A stretch of DNA of 61,950 bases from Bigelowiella natans CCMP2755 (Eukaryota; Protista; Cercozoa): positions 1-61,950 of the forward strand of contig ADNK01002141.1 in the NCBI GenBank assembly GCA_000320545.1, given 5' to 3'. Position numbers and translations under genes: made by a program. The notes beneath the pieces are model-generated. The model had not been told where the DNA came from, made no database searches, and saw only the letters and a list, made by a program, of their open reading frames with translations. The number at the start of each line of letters is the position of its first letter. The stretch's first letter is position 1. Positions 13,137-26,968 of this stretch are shown here, piece by piece.

Positions 13137-14195
13137 ATGAAATGGATCAAGAGAAATCTAAAGTGTTGGTTCCAAAGAAATCTAGCAAGCAGAATTTTGA
13201 CGACGCTTGTTTCAATAATCGCATGGATCACTCTGCTTTGCTTCAGCTCATCACTCGTACCGACCACGTCGCCCGACTATCGATCGCTTAAAATATCCGG
13301 TACAAACTAACTCGAACAGATTAGCTTCCACTCAAGGTTGATGATATTCAACCAATCCTGCAACCGCTTCAAGTGACATCATTTTGCTTTGTTCGATTAG
13401 TATTGCAAAATGCGCGATCTGGCTCCAACTCCTTCCTGATTAGAACTCCACGGAGAATGATAAGAGTGGTGCCCCCAACAATATTCCGATTTGATTCACG
13501 CGTGATAGCTATGGCTCAAGGTATCATCATGTTTTTTAATTATCCTAATGCAGCAGCTGATAAGAGAGAGCGATCTACTACCTTTTACTACAACTACAAC
13601 ATTAGATGGCGACGACAACAACTTCGAATCATCTTTCGCACGAGAGGTTGCCCGACGTCGCGAGCAGGGCAGCAGCTCCAAATCTCCTTCAACGGAGACG
13701 AAAAGTGATGATCCTGCGAAGCTGGTTGCTTAATTGAAACTACTACGTGATTCGAAATAATTAGTCTTATAATTTCATTGTACCTCAATCAGATTCAAAA
13801 TTCTATCAATAACCGTCCTTCCCCCAGTACAAAACCAAACCAATCGTCGTCGGCTTCATCACCACCATCATCGCGTTCTTTATCTGATCGTAATCGAAAC
13901 GAGGATGCTGCCAAATCAAGAAGCAGTAGAAGTAGTACATCTATTCCAAGACCTCCTCCTACTTTTCAAAAGCAATCTGCTGCTCCGCCGCCCCCCTTTG
14001 GATCATCATCTTCTTCTTCAAACCAAAACGCTAAATCGTCAAAGAATACTTTTGGATCCCGTTCAAAAAGCGAAGAAAAGAGATTCGACTTCTTTGATGC
14101 CTTCAACTTTGACTTTACAGATCCAGACTATGTAAATACTCAACGACAGCAATTATGATGTATTTTGACTTTACAGATCCAGACTATGTAAACAC

Positions 14196-14233
<38 letters not shown>

Positions 14234-15147
14234 AATTATGATGTATTTTAATTCATTTTAATTTGTGTCACTACTACTACTACCACTACCACCATCCATC
14301 ACCACCACATTAGGGCAAACCAAAAGCTCAGAGAACTACTACAAGTTCATCAGAGGTAGTGTCGGTGGAAAACAAATGACATCTACGATTACATATTATC
14401 AATGATAAAACTTGATTGATTCTAACCCCTTATTATCATCGGAGATCGATATGAATAAGAAGAGAATACTATTTCTTCAAATATACACTCAACTCCAAAG
14501 AAAACCATGAATCATTATGATATATTGGGCTTCTAAGAATACGAGCTCACTCACTCTTATAATAATAAGGGGGAAGGAAGCATCGGCGAGAGAATTTTCG
14601 AGCTGGGAAAATTGGGTACTGCTGCCTTCAATATTTCGTGACAACAGCATTGCCTTCTTCATTCCTTCCAGGGAAGCTGTAATTTTCTGCATAATTTCCC
14701 ATTGTAGACGGTAAACTAAGTTTTTGGCCAAAATTAGCTTTTTAATTCTAGTATTGTGTGTTTCATATTATGCAGGCTTGGGTTTTGCAGCCTCCTTCTG
14801 GCCTATCTCTGCAGTTATCCTCGTGCTTTTTGGCGGCATGTATGTTGCTATTCGACATTTTATTCACCGAAGAAGCACTGGCAGCATTACATTTTCTTGT
14901 TTTTTGTGACAAGCAATTTATCGGAAAATGAATTAATTGCAGTTATTTCGGGTTTGGTGGCAACTTCGTTCACGGGGGTACAAGCTCTTCACGGGTATAA
15001 GTTACATTAGTAATAATTATAGACAGCAGTACACAAATATTTTCGCTCTACTGCCTACCTCTACTACTAGTGATACAAATAAGCATATTATTCATTTATT
15101 ACAAGGCTCCATCTGTTACTGCTGAGGAGGTGCTGAGGGATTTATGA
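13137..15147 (+). CDS. Probable plastid-targeted membrane protein with bipartite leader
   Basis: Exon 1 MKWIKRNLKCWFQRNLASRILTTLVSIIAWITLLCFSSS (signal-like), exon 2 Arg-rich transit-like, Ser/Pro-rich linker, then spliced C-terminus GLGFAASFWPISAVILVLFGGIYFGFGGNFVHGG...APSVTAEEVLRDL*. From memory this resembles a conserved green-plant chloroplast membrane family (FWP...Y..FG..F.H.G; Arabidopsis At1g50020-like); not verified. Confidence 0.65.
14108..14249 (+). repeat. 56-bp tandem duplication of an exon end plus 5' splice site; second copy has a (GAC)n expansion
   Basis: tttgactttacagatccagactat|gtaaa at 14108 and 14164. Confidence 0.92.
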
Positions 15148-15229
15148 ATATGTGTACCGGCTGGCTGATTATAAAAGCCTAAAGATAATTGTAAGGTATT
15201 GTCTATTTAATCACATCGCTGGAACTGCT

Positions 15230-15890
15230 TTCTGGGAAATAGCTTAATGAAGTAGATTCTCTTGCATCTCGATTTGTCGCTGGCTAGCTGGTCACAGCTG
15301 TACGTAAAATAAAGTGAAGTGTATGTGCAGAGCAAGCTTTGTGCGTTTGCACGAACTAGCCACCGAAATATTTCGACGAGCGTCAACGTGTAACGTAACA
15401 GCCTGACAACGCCATGCATGTCTGCACATCATCATCTAGCAGATGTGTGCCACCGTGCCAACTCACTCCTGTATCGTAGTAGCTAGCTATCAGCTGGCAA
15501 TGAATCATCTATAGCTAGATGATGACGTACATCAGCCGCAGCTACATGAATCGATCCCGACCATCGTGTGGCGTTATTTCACTCATGTACATATATTGTT
15601 AGCTGCTGTCCCCATGATCAAGATCAAGTTTACTATGGACATGCATGTCTGCTGCCCATGTGCATGTAGATGCCACTGTGGACACAGCATGCAGGCAGCA
15701 TGCAGTGCTTCTACGTACACTTTGCTGTGTCTAGCACTACTACATACACGTGCATGTGTTCGAATAACATGTGCTCGTTGGCGATTCGATTGCGGAAAGA
15801 CGACAGTCATTCGCATAATTATCATGCATGAAATTTCATGCCCGCACGCACAGATTGATGATGAGGAAAATTGCACACGCAAGTCCGTTG
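15230..15890. other. Partially TpA-depleted spacer between convergent genes
   Basis: TGCA/CATG/GCTAGC-rich and microsatellite-free, but many TA remain. Confidence 0.6.
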
Positions 15891-15923
15891 AACATTGATT
15901 TCCTACTTAGGGACGATCTTTGC

Positions 15924-16274
15924 CTATGTACTTCCTCCTCTTCGAAAAATGCCTTTCACAGTCTCCCAAAGCAATCCTTTACCTAGTTGGAGGAAAACAG
16001 AAGATATTGATGATTAGTGGACAATGGAAGATGATGACAGAACGAAATTCATATGAAATTGATTGTTTCAATCCTGCCTTCTGTTTTTGCATCGTTTTGA
16101 AGAGCTTTATCGATTGCCTCGTTAAGTGACTTGGTGATTTGCTTGACAGGATCAAGCTTGGTGTAAAAAGCCTAGATAAGATGACACACAGTTGCTTTGT
16201 AAAGAGGAATAGACGAAGATGGATGTTGTCGTGAGCGGACGATGATGATGGTAATATTTGACACAACCAAATCG

Positions 16275-16305
<31 letters not shown>

Positions 16306-17025
16306 ACTTCAACTGCCTCATCAACTCCATGATATTAATTATCTCATCATTATTTGGTCCTCTTTGCCATTTTAACCAGTTTATCAGTATTGTCCTCAAT
16401 TTTCTGCTACTCCTTCTAATATTGCTACTAATACTTCTACTACCGCTAATAATAAAAACAAACCTCCTCAGCCTCAGTCTTAACCTTGACGACAAAATGT
16501 AAAGAGGAGGAGGAGGCGTATCAGAAGCAAATAAGACCCACATCATTCAAATTAACGCATGCTACAATTTAGCTTCGGCTTTAATTATTAATGAAGCAGC
16601 TTGCCAACTAGGTGTTAAAATAGTTACATTGAGGAAATTGATGATGATTTATTATTTATATCGTATATCCAACGCAATAATTTTATCATTGTGAACATCA
16701 GCATCGTCCTCATCATCATCATTCATTCATTCTATCAATGGCCGCATCCATCCATCCATCAATCACCGCTTTTTTCTTTCTCGTGCCTCCAGGAAGTGGG
16801 TCTAGAGTGAACTCCCCTTTGTTCGCACATAATAATAATAATAATCATAATCATAATAATAATAATACTTTATGTTCAGTAGTGGAATAAGGATGAGAAG
16901 AAGCAGAAGAAGAAGAAGAAGAAGAAGAAGAAGAAGAAGAAGAAGATGATGATGATGATTGTAATCAATATTTCATCAAACGTGCTACTGCTGCTGCGAG
17001 GACGCAATTGGCGGTATTGTTATCG

Positions 17026-17059
<34 letters not shown>

Positions 17060-18627
17060 CATCGACTACTATTAATAATTACAAGAACCTGTAGGAGCTT
17101 TTACATCAGAAACAGACCCGAGAGGATCAAATGCCTGTTGTGACACAACAAACACACGTAAGATATGATCATATCATCATTCATAATCGTCGTCGCCATT
17201 GTAAGATTAAGTAACCCAATAATACCACTAACATCATCATTGAAAATATCATCATGTACTACTGTGAAAAATGCTTACTTCTAAGTTATATTGTGACAAA
17301 TGCATTGATTAGGAAGCAAAGAAAAAGAACAAGTTTAACTATTGTTTAAGGGTAATAATTACTCGAAACACATCCTTTTCCGTGCGCTGATTACTTGGCT
17401 CCCTATACAAAAGAGAAAGGATCAGCAAGGAGGAGAAAGAGGAAAGAGAGGAGGAGGAGGAGGAGGAGGAGGAGGAGGAGGAGGAAAAGAGCAGATGATG
17501 ATGTTGTTCAGTCTTCTTTCTTTCTGAACGAAAAGCAACAACAACATTCTTCTTCATCTTCTTCTAATGTGATGAGGACCAGATTGATGCTGCTGCTGTA
17601 TATAATATTATACATAAATATGTATTTTAATACATAAATAAATAAAAATATATATTGTTCGTAGTAATTCTTCTCCTCCTCCTTCGATGTTCCACACACA
17701 CCCCATGCTGAAGCTCTTTATGGGGTCTAATCGTCTCGTGAGTATCTCTCCAATCGTTTCATCCTGTTGTGTTACATCAGCATAGTCCTTGTGGGTGATG
17801 ATGATGACGATGATGATGACTAAGACTGATGCAGTCTTAATAAAAGAGGGAGGAGGAGGAGGAGGAGGAGGAGGAGGAGGATGAGATAAACTATATTTGT
17901 AGTACCTTGATTTCTTTCTTCCTGATCACACTCTGTGGATTCTTAATAAGCTGTCTTCTTCCTCCTCCTTCTCCTAAAGTAGTGGGTGATGCTGCTTCTG
18001 ATGCTGCTTCTGCTGCAAGGAACACCTTATCATCATTTCGGTCATTAGAAGATGATGTGGATACTACTCCTACTGATGCTGTGGTTGGTGGAGAAGTAGC
18101 AGCTAGCTTCGAGTTGGTTGTTGATGATGATAGTGTTTGCGGTGGTGGTGGTGGTGGTGGTGGTGGTGATGACGATGATGATGATAAGACTTTTGAAGAA
18201 GGGGAAGATGCTACTGCTGCTGGTGCTGGTGGTGCTGCTGGGGAATCACCAGGACTGGAAAATGGAGACTCAAGGTCTTCAATATTTATCACGAATGCTT
18301 GCGGATTACTCTTCTTCTCCTGAATTATCATCATCATCATCATCATAATCATCATCATCATCATAGATTCATTGTTTGTAAGTTGATAACAAACGAATGA
18401 AAGTAAAGTAGAGTTGTTGCATCTGGTTGGAAATTATTACTACATTCTCTTTTTCAGTCGGTGCCGGGGCCTTCGGTAGTACTAATAATACGACACACAT
18501 TGATTAGATAACAAATTACGCTACTCTTCTGTCTGGTGCAGGGAATTTGTTTCGAAAGTGATTGTCATCGTCGGTTGTTAGAGAATAATCCACTCACAGA
18601 CACAATGGACCACGAAGACAACACGGC

Positions 18628-18660
<33 letters not shown>

Positions 18661-18744
18661 AACGACGACGACGACTTTAATGCATGATGATGATAATGAT
18701 GATGATAATGTCCTCCTTTAGGTATATAAAAGAGCTCGTAGTAT

Positions 18745-18780
<36 letters not shown>

Positions 18781-19922
18781 AGTAGTTAAAATAGCAGGGG
18801 CAGCATTCGACGTAATAGTAGAGTAGTTAAAATAGTAGGGGCAGCATTTGACGCGGTACTACGTTCCCTCTAAATGACAGCATATAGGTAAATTCGAAAT
18901 AAGCAATAAAAATACTACTGAAAAGCTGCTTGAAATTCTCTATAAGACTTTCTTGTACTACCTTGATTTTCGATTACAGGGTTGTGGTCCTGGATCTGAA
19001 AACAATGATGTCAGTAGCTAAAAGTAGGATTGTCTTTAGACTTCTGCACGGAAATTTAAGTCTACCTGTAACGCTGCATAAAGCGCACTAGCCCCAAGAG
19101 CTGTGGCCAGTGGGGTGCCATAAAGAGTCCAGACTACAGGCAACATGCCAGTTCCGATCTGCGAACAAAGGTGAATTATTGACGATGATCATGATAATGA
19201 TTATTATGATGCGGAGACAATACTTTTAGTAGACGATATCTAGGCATATATGTTATAACCTTGACCAATTTCTTCACCCTAGAATCCGGAAGCTCCATTG
19301 TGAGAATTTTGGCATCTGTAGTGTTAAATAAGTCAAGTTGTATGTAGGTAGGTAGGTAGGTGGGTAGGTGGGTGGATAGGTAAGTAGGTAGGCACGTAGT
19401 ATCACGTCATACGAAGAAAATCGCTATAGCAGCAGCAGCTCGTACTTGTTAGTATTGCATATCTTCGTCGCTGCTGTAACGACGACGCAGTGTAGGAAGC
19501 AGGAGTGTAGAGTTTAGGGGTAAGGGGCTTCATTGATTGGGAAATGGTCCCCATAGTTCTCCCAGTAGGTGTCATCATCAGTGAAGATTCAATCGGACTA
19601 CGCCTAATAAACCATGAATTGCTCAAGCTTAACAACGTGGTGGTGGTGGTGGTGGCCAATGGTTGGTTCACATATTATCATAAATAGTAAAGGGTGGATT
19701 GGTTCAATATTCTCTGAAGTAATCCAACTATCATCACATCAACAACACATGCAAACAATCTAATGCCGATTTTTATCGTTAACATCCTGTTAGATACCGC
19801 CATGAACTTGATGTTGAAGCGATGATGCAAGTTGCTGTTGTTGCTACAACTGCCAATATCATAATCCTCGAACCACCCTGGCCATCGAATCTTCTACTGC
19901 GACGTTGCATTGCCCAGCGCAT
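15924..19922 (-). CDS. Uncharacterised multi-exon protein with bipartite leader and a hydrophobic segment
   Basis: Exon 1 MRWAMQRRSRRFDGQGGSRIMILAVVATTATCIIASTSSSWR; exon 2 Ser/Thr/Arg-rich; exon IGTGMLPVVWTLYGTPLATALGASALYAALQ; Pro/Ser-rich exon 17907-18320; last exon GKGLLWETVKGIFRRGGST*. Exon phases at 16300-17100 unresolved. Confidence 0.55.
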
Positions 19923-20208
19923 TGTTGCTCCAGCTAATTTAGTTGGAGGAGTGAAGAATGGGATGAGGGCAAGACGAGAATCCGTTTACGACGGAGCTGT
20001 GATTGGGAGGAGGAGGGCGCAAGAATAACATGTCGCACCCTCAAGATCCATCCCATTTCAACTCAAAAATAGCAGACAACCTCTTACCTTTTCTTCCGAC
20101 CAAACTAAACAAAGGGTTTGGCGCCACAATTTAGCAAATAGTTAGTAAGTTAGTGTTTTTGGGTAAATAAACATGCGATGTATATCTATGAAAAAATGGA
20201 CAGAAGAG

Positions 20209-20209
20209 C

Positions 20210-20249
<40 letters not shown>

Positions 20250-20287
20250 GCAACAACAACAACAACAGCAACAACAACAACAACAGC

Positions 20288-20384
<97 letters not shown>

Positions 20385-20409
20385 GCAACAACAACAACAA
20401 CAACAACAA
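20209..20409 (+). repeat. (CAA)~67 microsatellite with a few CAG interruptions, in a divergent intergenic region
   Basis: Directly visible. Confidence 0.98.
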
Positions 20410-20660
20410 GCTGTGAGGAGCAACAAAGTAGCACCCCCCTCCATTTAGTGGCGATTTACGTACGTTAGGTTCACATAAGACTCATAGACCAAATATCATG
20501 TTTTATGGTTACTACATCCCCTTTAAGATTTTTCGGAGATGGAGCAGTTAGCCTCTTCATCATCCACCACTCAGTGCATACCTTACTTACCCTACCCTAT
20601 AGTAGTAGAACCTTAGTTGTAGAAATTCGTCTTACTTCCATCAAATTTGTAAGGAACATC

Positions 20661-21324
20661 ATGGAAAGTGGTGGGCCCTTGATCCGCTCTCAGAAAAAAT
20701 GTCGAAAGCTCCCATTTGCCTCCTTTCTATTCGTCATCATCGCAACCGCAAGTCTACGTAGAGGTTGAATCATCATCATCGTTATCGTCATCATCATCAT
20801 CATCATCATCATATGCCTTTCCACCATGTGCCTGTCCGATTATGAGATTCATCCTACCTGACAGCTGTTCTTCTCTTCGTTCTTCTTTTCATTCCCGTTA
20901 TGTTATAACCAAGAAGATTTTGACCTTCTTCTTCTCCCATCAGCTCCAATACCACAACATCAACGGATGGTTGCGTATTCTCCATGGCAAAGAATAAAAG
21001 AATTTATCGGCGTATCAACGGCTGTGGATCCTATATTCAGAAAGGTAGTTCTGGTAGTTGATAGCAAATGCGTATCATCCGCAACATGCGTGCTATAGAT
21101 TCTGAAACATGTAGAAACTTCTTCTTCGTGTTGTTGAGATATTACAACATGTCCCTCAAGATTCTTCAGGATGAAATCAAAAAGCTTCATGACCCAACAG
21201 CTATGGTGGAACAAATGATGCAGTATGTCCCCTAACTGAGTTATTAGCCTTTTATGCGAAATAAAATTAAATTTACCACCTACCAGCGCACAGCAAATGG
21301 ATGCAGATATGTTAGCCAGACAGG

Positions 21325-21386
<62 letters not shown>

Positions 21387-23000
21387 TATATTAATATATA
21401 TCCTTGTTTTATAATGTGGTTAACGTACTACGTTATGAATGAGTAGCAAATAGTAGTTATCATCCCTTCGGTTGGTTGGTCGATCTACCATCATCGCCTG
21501 TGCTTGTTGTTGTTGTTGTTGTTGTTGTGGTGTTTCAGCAGTAGTGGTAGTGGTAGTAGTCTAGTTGTACTTATTCATATCTGTTGTAATTAATTGTTCA
21601 GGAGGCTGAGCGGCTTGAGGAACTAACTTATTACCATCAAGATAATCTGAACCATCTCTTCAACGTATATGACAAGAATAAAGATTCATTTATAGAGTAA
21701 GTCTATAGCAGCCCAATTTTACCACTAAAATTAACATCTTTCTTACCCGTAATACCCAATATTTAATAATACTACGAAGAATTAAACTGATAATTATCAT
21801 TCCCTATCTTTCATCTTTTTGTTTGAATCATGATCATGATCAATGGCTAGCACGTCGGAGATTTATAGTCTATTGGAAGATTGGGGGAAAAGAGCTGCAT
21901 ATTGGGTGCCTGTGATCTTGTTGAAAACCACCATAGAAACTGTCAGCATAGCAAAGGAGCAGGTACTCCCAGAACAAAAAAGAGACCAACTTGCAGGATA
22001 CTTTTGACGAATATGTTAAACCCTATTCTCTCTTTTCTCCCTTTCTCTCTTTCTCCCGTGTATGCTCAAGCACACAACAAAAGTAGGACTATAGAAGAAA
22101 AAAGAAGCAGAGTACCATACACACTCACAAGCACACACACATTATCCTAATAATGAAAAAGGCTAAGATTCAAGGCAAACCAGTACCTGCATCTGCAAAG
22201 AGGAACTTCGGCTTAGCAAAGAAGCAAATCGCAGTATTTTCCAGCAACTTCTTCAGATATGTAATGCTGCTCAACCTTGACAACACACTATCAATACTAC
22301 CAATTGCCTCCTCCTCCTCGAATCATCATGATCATCATCAAATATGTTGTTTATTGCCAGAGCAACCCAGTGGTTGCAACGACGACTCTAGCTCAAAACA
22401 TACTGAAGCAAATCATCAAGAATTATAGATATCATGAAAAGCAGTCCAAGAGGTCAATCGACGACGAAATTCATGATGGTGATGATAATGATGACAAGGG
22501 AAATAAAGGTTCTGATGTTAGTACTAGTACTACTGCTACTTCCACCACTAATGGTGTTGAGGCAGACAACAAGAGTAGTAGTAGTAGTAGTAGTAGTAGT
22601 AGCAGCAGTTGTAACAATAGTAGCAGCACCACTACTACTGCTAGTACTTCAAGTGTCAGCGAAAAACTCGGTGATGATAGAGCAACAACAAGACAACAAG
22701 AGAAGGAGGAGGAGGAGGAGGCAGTAGCAGATGCAAACAGAGATGAAAATGATAAGGAACGTACCAATTCTCCTGGGGACAACCGAGGAGGAGGAAAATC
22801 TTCTGCAGCAACAGCAGCAAAAGAGGATGATGATCTTGGTGATGACCAAGCTGCTGTACCTGGAGGAGGAGGAGGAGGAGGAGGAAGCCTAAAAGTGCAT
22901 AAGAAACAGTTTCTGGACGAGTTTCTCAATGTAGTATTGACCATTCCCTTCCTCTTCCTCCTCCATTTAGTAGTTGGTATATAAGATATTGTGTTGGGTG

Positions 23001-23034
<34 letters not shown>

Positions 23035-23426
23035 GGCTATGCATATTTGGAGACTGGATGGAGAGGGCATCATGGTGAAACTACAGCTATTTGTTGCTCA
23101 AGGGGTCAGTAATACTTGTAGTTACAGTAATATTTACGCTGCTGCTTCAATTTGTGTCATGATACTACTATTATTGCTGCTACTACCACCAGTTGAAGCA
23201 ACAAACAGGGCCTACTATTACCCCGGGGGATGGCACAGCAGCACCAACACCAGATGCTGCTAATGGCCAAGCGACCAACCAACAGTAGAAGAACAAGAAG
23301 GGAGGATGATAACTTCTCCTTCGGTACTACTACTACTACTACTACTAGTAGTAGTAGTAGTAGTTATGTATTGATGTACATCTATCTTTAGAGGGAGGTT
23401 GCTGGAAGAGTGAGGTCTCCTTTTAG
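20661..23426 (+). CDS. EF-hand-containing protein with N-terminal signal-like leader
   Basis: MESGGPLIRSQKKCRKLPFASFLFVIIATASLRR. Spliced LNHLFNVYDKNKDSFIDTSEIYSLL gives a canonical 12-residue EF-hand loop across the intron at about 21697-21850. Further GT-AG exons to a stop near 23426. Confidence 0.6.
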
Positions 23427-23559
23427 ATACGAAACTCAACATGCACGTTTAGTGCACATTATTATCAACAAATTATCTACTCAAAATCTTGATTATGTTC
23501 CCGTGAATCATCAATATATCCCAGCCTTTTGCTATACTTTGACATCTGATCCACATGCT

Positions 23560-24600
23560 TCAGATCGACTAGTGACGCATGGGTGATACATGATGCAGCA
23601 AAGTTTAACTTAATCAGGCCTGCAAATTGGGTTTATACAACGTTGACAGTTAGTTACGATGCCATACGATGATCACTATGTGGACATCCAAGTAAAATAC
23701 ACGTGTAAACGTTTTGCAAATGTTTATGTAAGTTGAAGCAGTGATGTACAAGTGAGCATTGCCATGCATGCAATGTCATTGTATTTGCAGTCAAATTATT
23801 ATTAATGGCGATCAACCATTATTTTATTGCAATGCTTAGAATGCCATCTAGCCATCAGAATAGCTTCTAGCTTGGACATACAAAAAGCGAAAGGAAAGTA
23901 CATGTATGTACTAAACGTCAGTACGTCGTTCGCGTGCATGTCCATATAGTGCGTTTTCTGTACGTATCATTGATGTATAACCTTAAAAACTCAAGCTAAG
24001 CAGCCAAATTTTAACATCCTGCGCTAGTGCGTGCGACCTCTTGCACCATTGTGTCATCATCGTCTCATTTGTCAGCTACAGCTACACACAAACAGCACTG
24101 GTAATGATACGTACGCACGACTTGTATACGTGAGCAAAGTTATCGACAACATGATGAAATGCACATCTAGAGATGAATGTATACTAGTGTAATGATTGAA
24201 TCTAATTTTATCAATGACCATCCTAATGTAGCTATGCAAATAAGCAGCCACAGCGCTTAATTAAATTGTACGCATTCGTTTCTGTATAAAAAAATATATA
24301 ATATATATGTAATATATTACTATTATCAGACTACTCTAGTACTGCCGCGCAAACTTTAAAGTGTAGCCGCACTCCGATATATGTATATATATGTGTGCGT
24401 GTATATTTATATGTAAATTCCCTCTTCATGTTGCTGGTACAAGATTCGTGGTTTCTATAGCCTGGTTGTTGTAGCATCTGCACGCACACAGCGGAGCATG
24501 TACATATCACCATACCATGAATCTTATGCACACATTACAACATGTACATATAACTTTATATATCGATCCTTAGCGCCATTAAAAAAAACGTGCGCTTTGA
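23560..24600. other. Weakly TpA-depleted, microsatellite-poor spacer between convergent genes
   Basis: TGCA/CATG/CTAG frequent, trinucleotide runs absent; depletion incomplete. Confidence 0.45.
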
Positions 24601-24640
24601 CTCAAGAATGACTAAGAAGAAACGAAGATGATTACGCGGA

Positions 24641-24856
24641 TTAACGCGTAAATCTCTCGCAGTTGAGATTTCCTTCAGTGCCTGAGAAACATATTCCATC
24701 TGAAATCAGCATATAATAGTAATAATAATGATAATAATAATGCACGATTTATGTTAAAAAAATGTCACCTCTTCGCTGATAAAAAAGCATATATGGCTCT
24801 ATGTTTGCAACCTAAGATAAAAAAAAAAAAGTTATCTAATCGTATCAATATGTGAT

Positions 24857-24888
<32 letters not shown>

Positions 24889-24975
24889 AATACCATCATA
24901 GATTATGATGTTATTTACCTGTGTTTCAGACACAAGATTGCAGAAAGAGTCGTTGTAATGTGCCCAAGAACCATC

Positions 24976-25014
<39 letters not shown>

Positions 25015-26233
25015 GATCAAAGTGATGGTGATGATGATGATGATGATGTAACGGCATACACAAATCAGACTTAACATCTCAAATACTACTAATACGTTTA
25101 TAACTCTACCCGTGATCGCAAATGTTGTATAATGTCCTGATCCTGATATGTAAAATACCAAAGTAAATCAACAAGATTACTAGTAAACACATCGTCTCTA
25201 ACTGTTCCTTCTATGCAATACGTTTCTGACTCATTAAAGCTTCTTCCATTAAAAATAGACCGTAAGTCCATCATCATCACCATTTTCATTTGTTTCTTCT
25301 TCTAATTCTAAAGAAGTCGTCTTTACCAGCTGATCTTCCATGATGGCATACAGCAGCAATCAAATCATACTTAGTGGACAAAGATGATGTAGTATTATTT
25401 CTTGCTGCCATATTCCTATTCTTGGATGTTATTCTTGCTGTCTTTGTTGATTGTGCTTGTAAAGGAGAACAACTCGATGACGATGATGATGATGATCGCA
25501 TAAAAAGGTCATTTGAAGTATGAGCATCATCATTATCAACACTGCTTGCCTCCTCCTCCTCCTCTTTGTTCCCTAACAGCTTCTTCTTCTTCTTCTTCTT
25601 CTCTCTCCCCTGAGCCTTGTTTAAGGAAGAAGGCGACGAAGTAGTACCCTTGCTGCTGCTGCTACAGCACCCTTGATTATTTACTATATCGATTGTAGAC
25701 AATGCAATAGTAGCAGTAGTAGTATGATGACGATGAGAAGATGATGAAGAGTGATTGTTGAATCTACTGAGACCACCACCATTACTTTGACTACTTTCAT
25801 GATTGTGTGATGCTTCTTCTTCTTCTTCTTCTTCTTCTTCTTCTTCTTCTTCTTCTTTTATGCTGCTGCTGCGTCTTCTTCTTCTTCTTCTATTATCATC
25901 GTCATCAGCAGCTCTTTTTCTGTAGTATCCCACAGCGTCTAATCCGTCTAATACCCTGCTGCCACTACTACTACTGTTATTATTATTATTATTGTTATTA
26001 TGATTTGGAGGTGCTGGATTCCTTTTATTCCAACTGCCACTACTACTACTACCACTACTACTATGATGATGACATTCTCCAGTACTATCACCATGGAGGG
26101 TTCTCCTCCTCTTCTTCTTCTTCTTCCTACAATACCGATATTGTGGAAGAATAGAGGAATTAGAACACGAAGAAGAGGTAGGATGCATAGCACTCGTTGT
26201 AGGAGCAGCTACAGTGACTAATCCAGAGTTTCG

Positions 26234-26271
<38 letters not shown>

Positions 26272-26382
26272 CCATAGGAGCAGCGAGATATGGGGAATTA
26301 GGATGAAGAAACGGCCTCATTTCCAAGTTTCTCATGGGAAATGATATCTAATCACATAATAATTCATTGATTCATTGATTCA

Positions 26383-26421
<39 letters not shown>

Positions 26422-26506
26422 GACACATCATCCACAACTTTTTTTTGTATGGCTATAACTTAGCAGTAGTAGTTATTATCATAGTGCCGGCATCTTATGC
26501 AGCAGC

Positions 26507-26538
<32 letters not shown>

Positions 26539-26623
26539 AAGTAATCCACAAACATCTGCATACACATTATGCGTGTGTGTGTGTGTTTGTGTGTACCAAT
26601 ACTACTACTTCAAGAGAATTGTT

Positions 26624-26657
<34 letters not shown>

Positions 26658-26928
26658 TCATCATCATCATCATTCTTATTACTTTGGATCGAATCTTTGA
26701 CTTAGAAGAGCTGAGTAGTAACGATAACGAATTAAGATGATGATGATTCACAACTTGCTAGACTGTATATAGCAAAATGTATAGCTGGTAGCAGTAGTTG
26801 TAGTAGTAGCAGCAGCGAGATTGTAGTAAATTGGTGCTGGCAAATAACAACAATCGTTCCTTGCTTACTCGTTGTTTTTGTCGATAAATAGTCTTTATTA
26901 CATCTTCCTCCTCTCCTCCTCCTCCTCC

Positions 26929-26968
<40 letters not shown>

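Noticed and set aside
16780-16792. Possible GC-AG donor (GGAG|GCACGA, minus strand)
   Set aside because: Downstream exon phase could not be reconciled by hand; needs RNA-seq.
20131-20468. PolyL/C/Q/T/V ORFs
   Set aside because: Six-frame readouts of the (CAA)n microsatellite; the same applies to most short homopolymer ORFs in the track.
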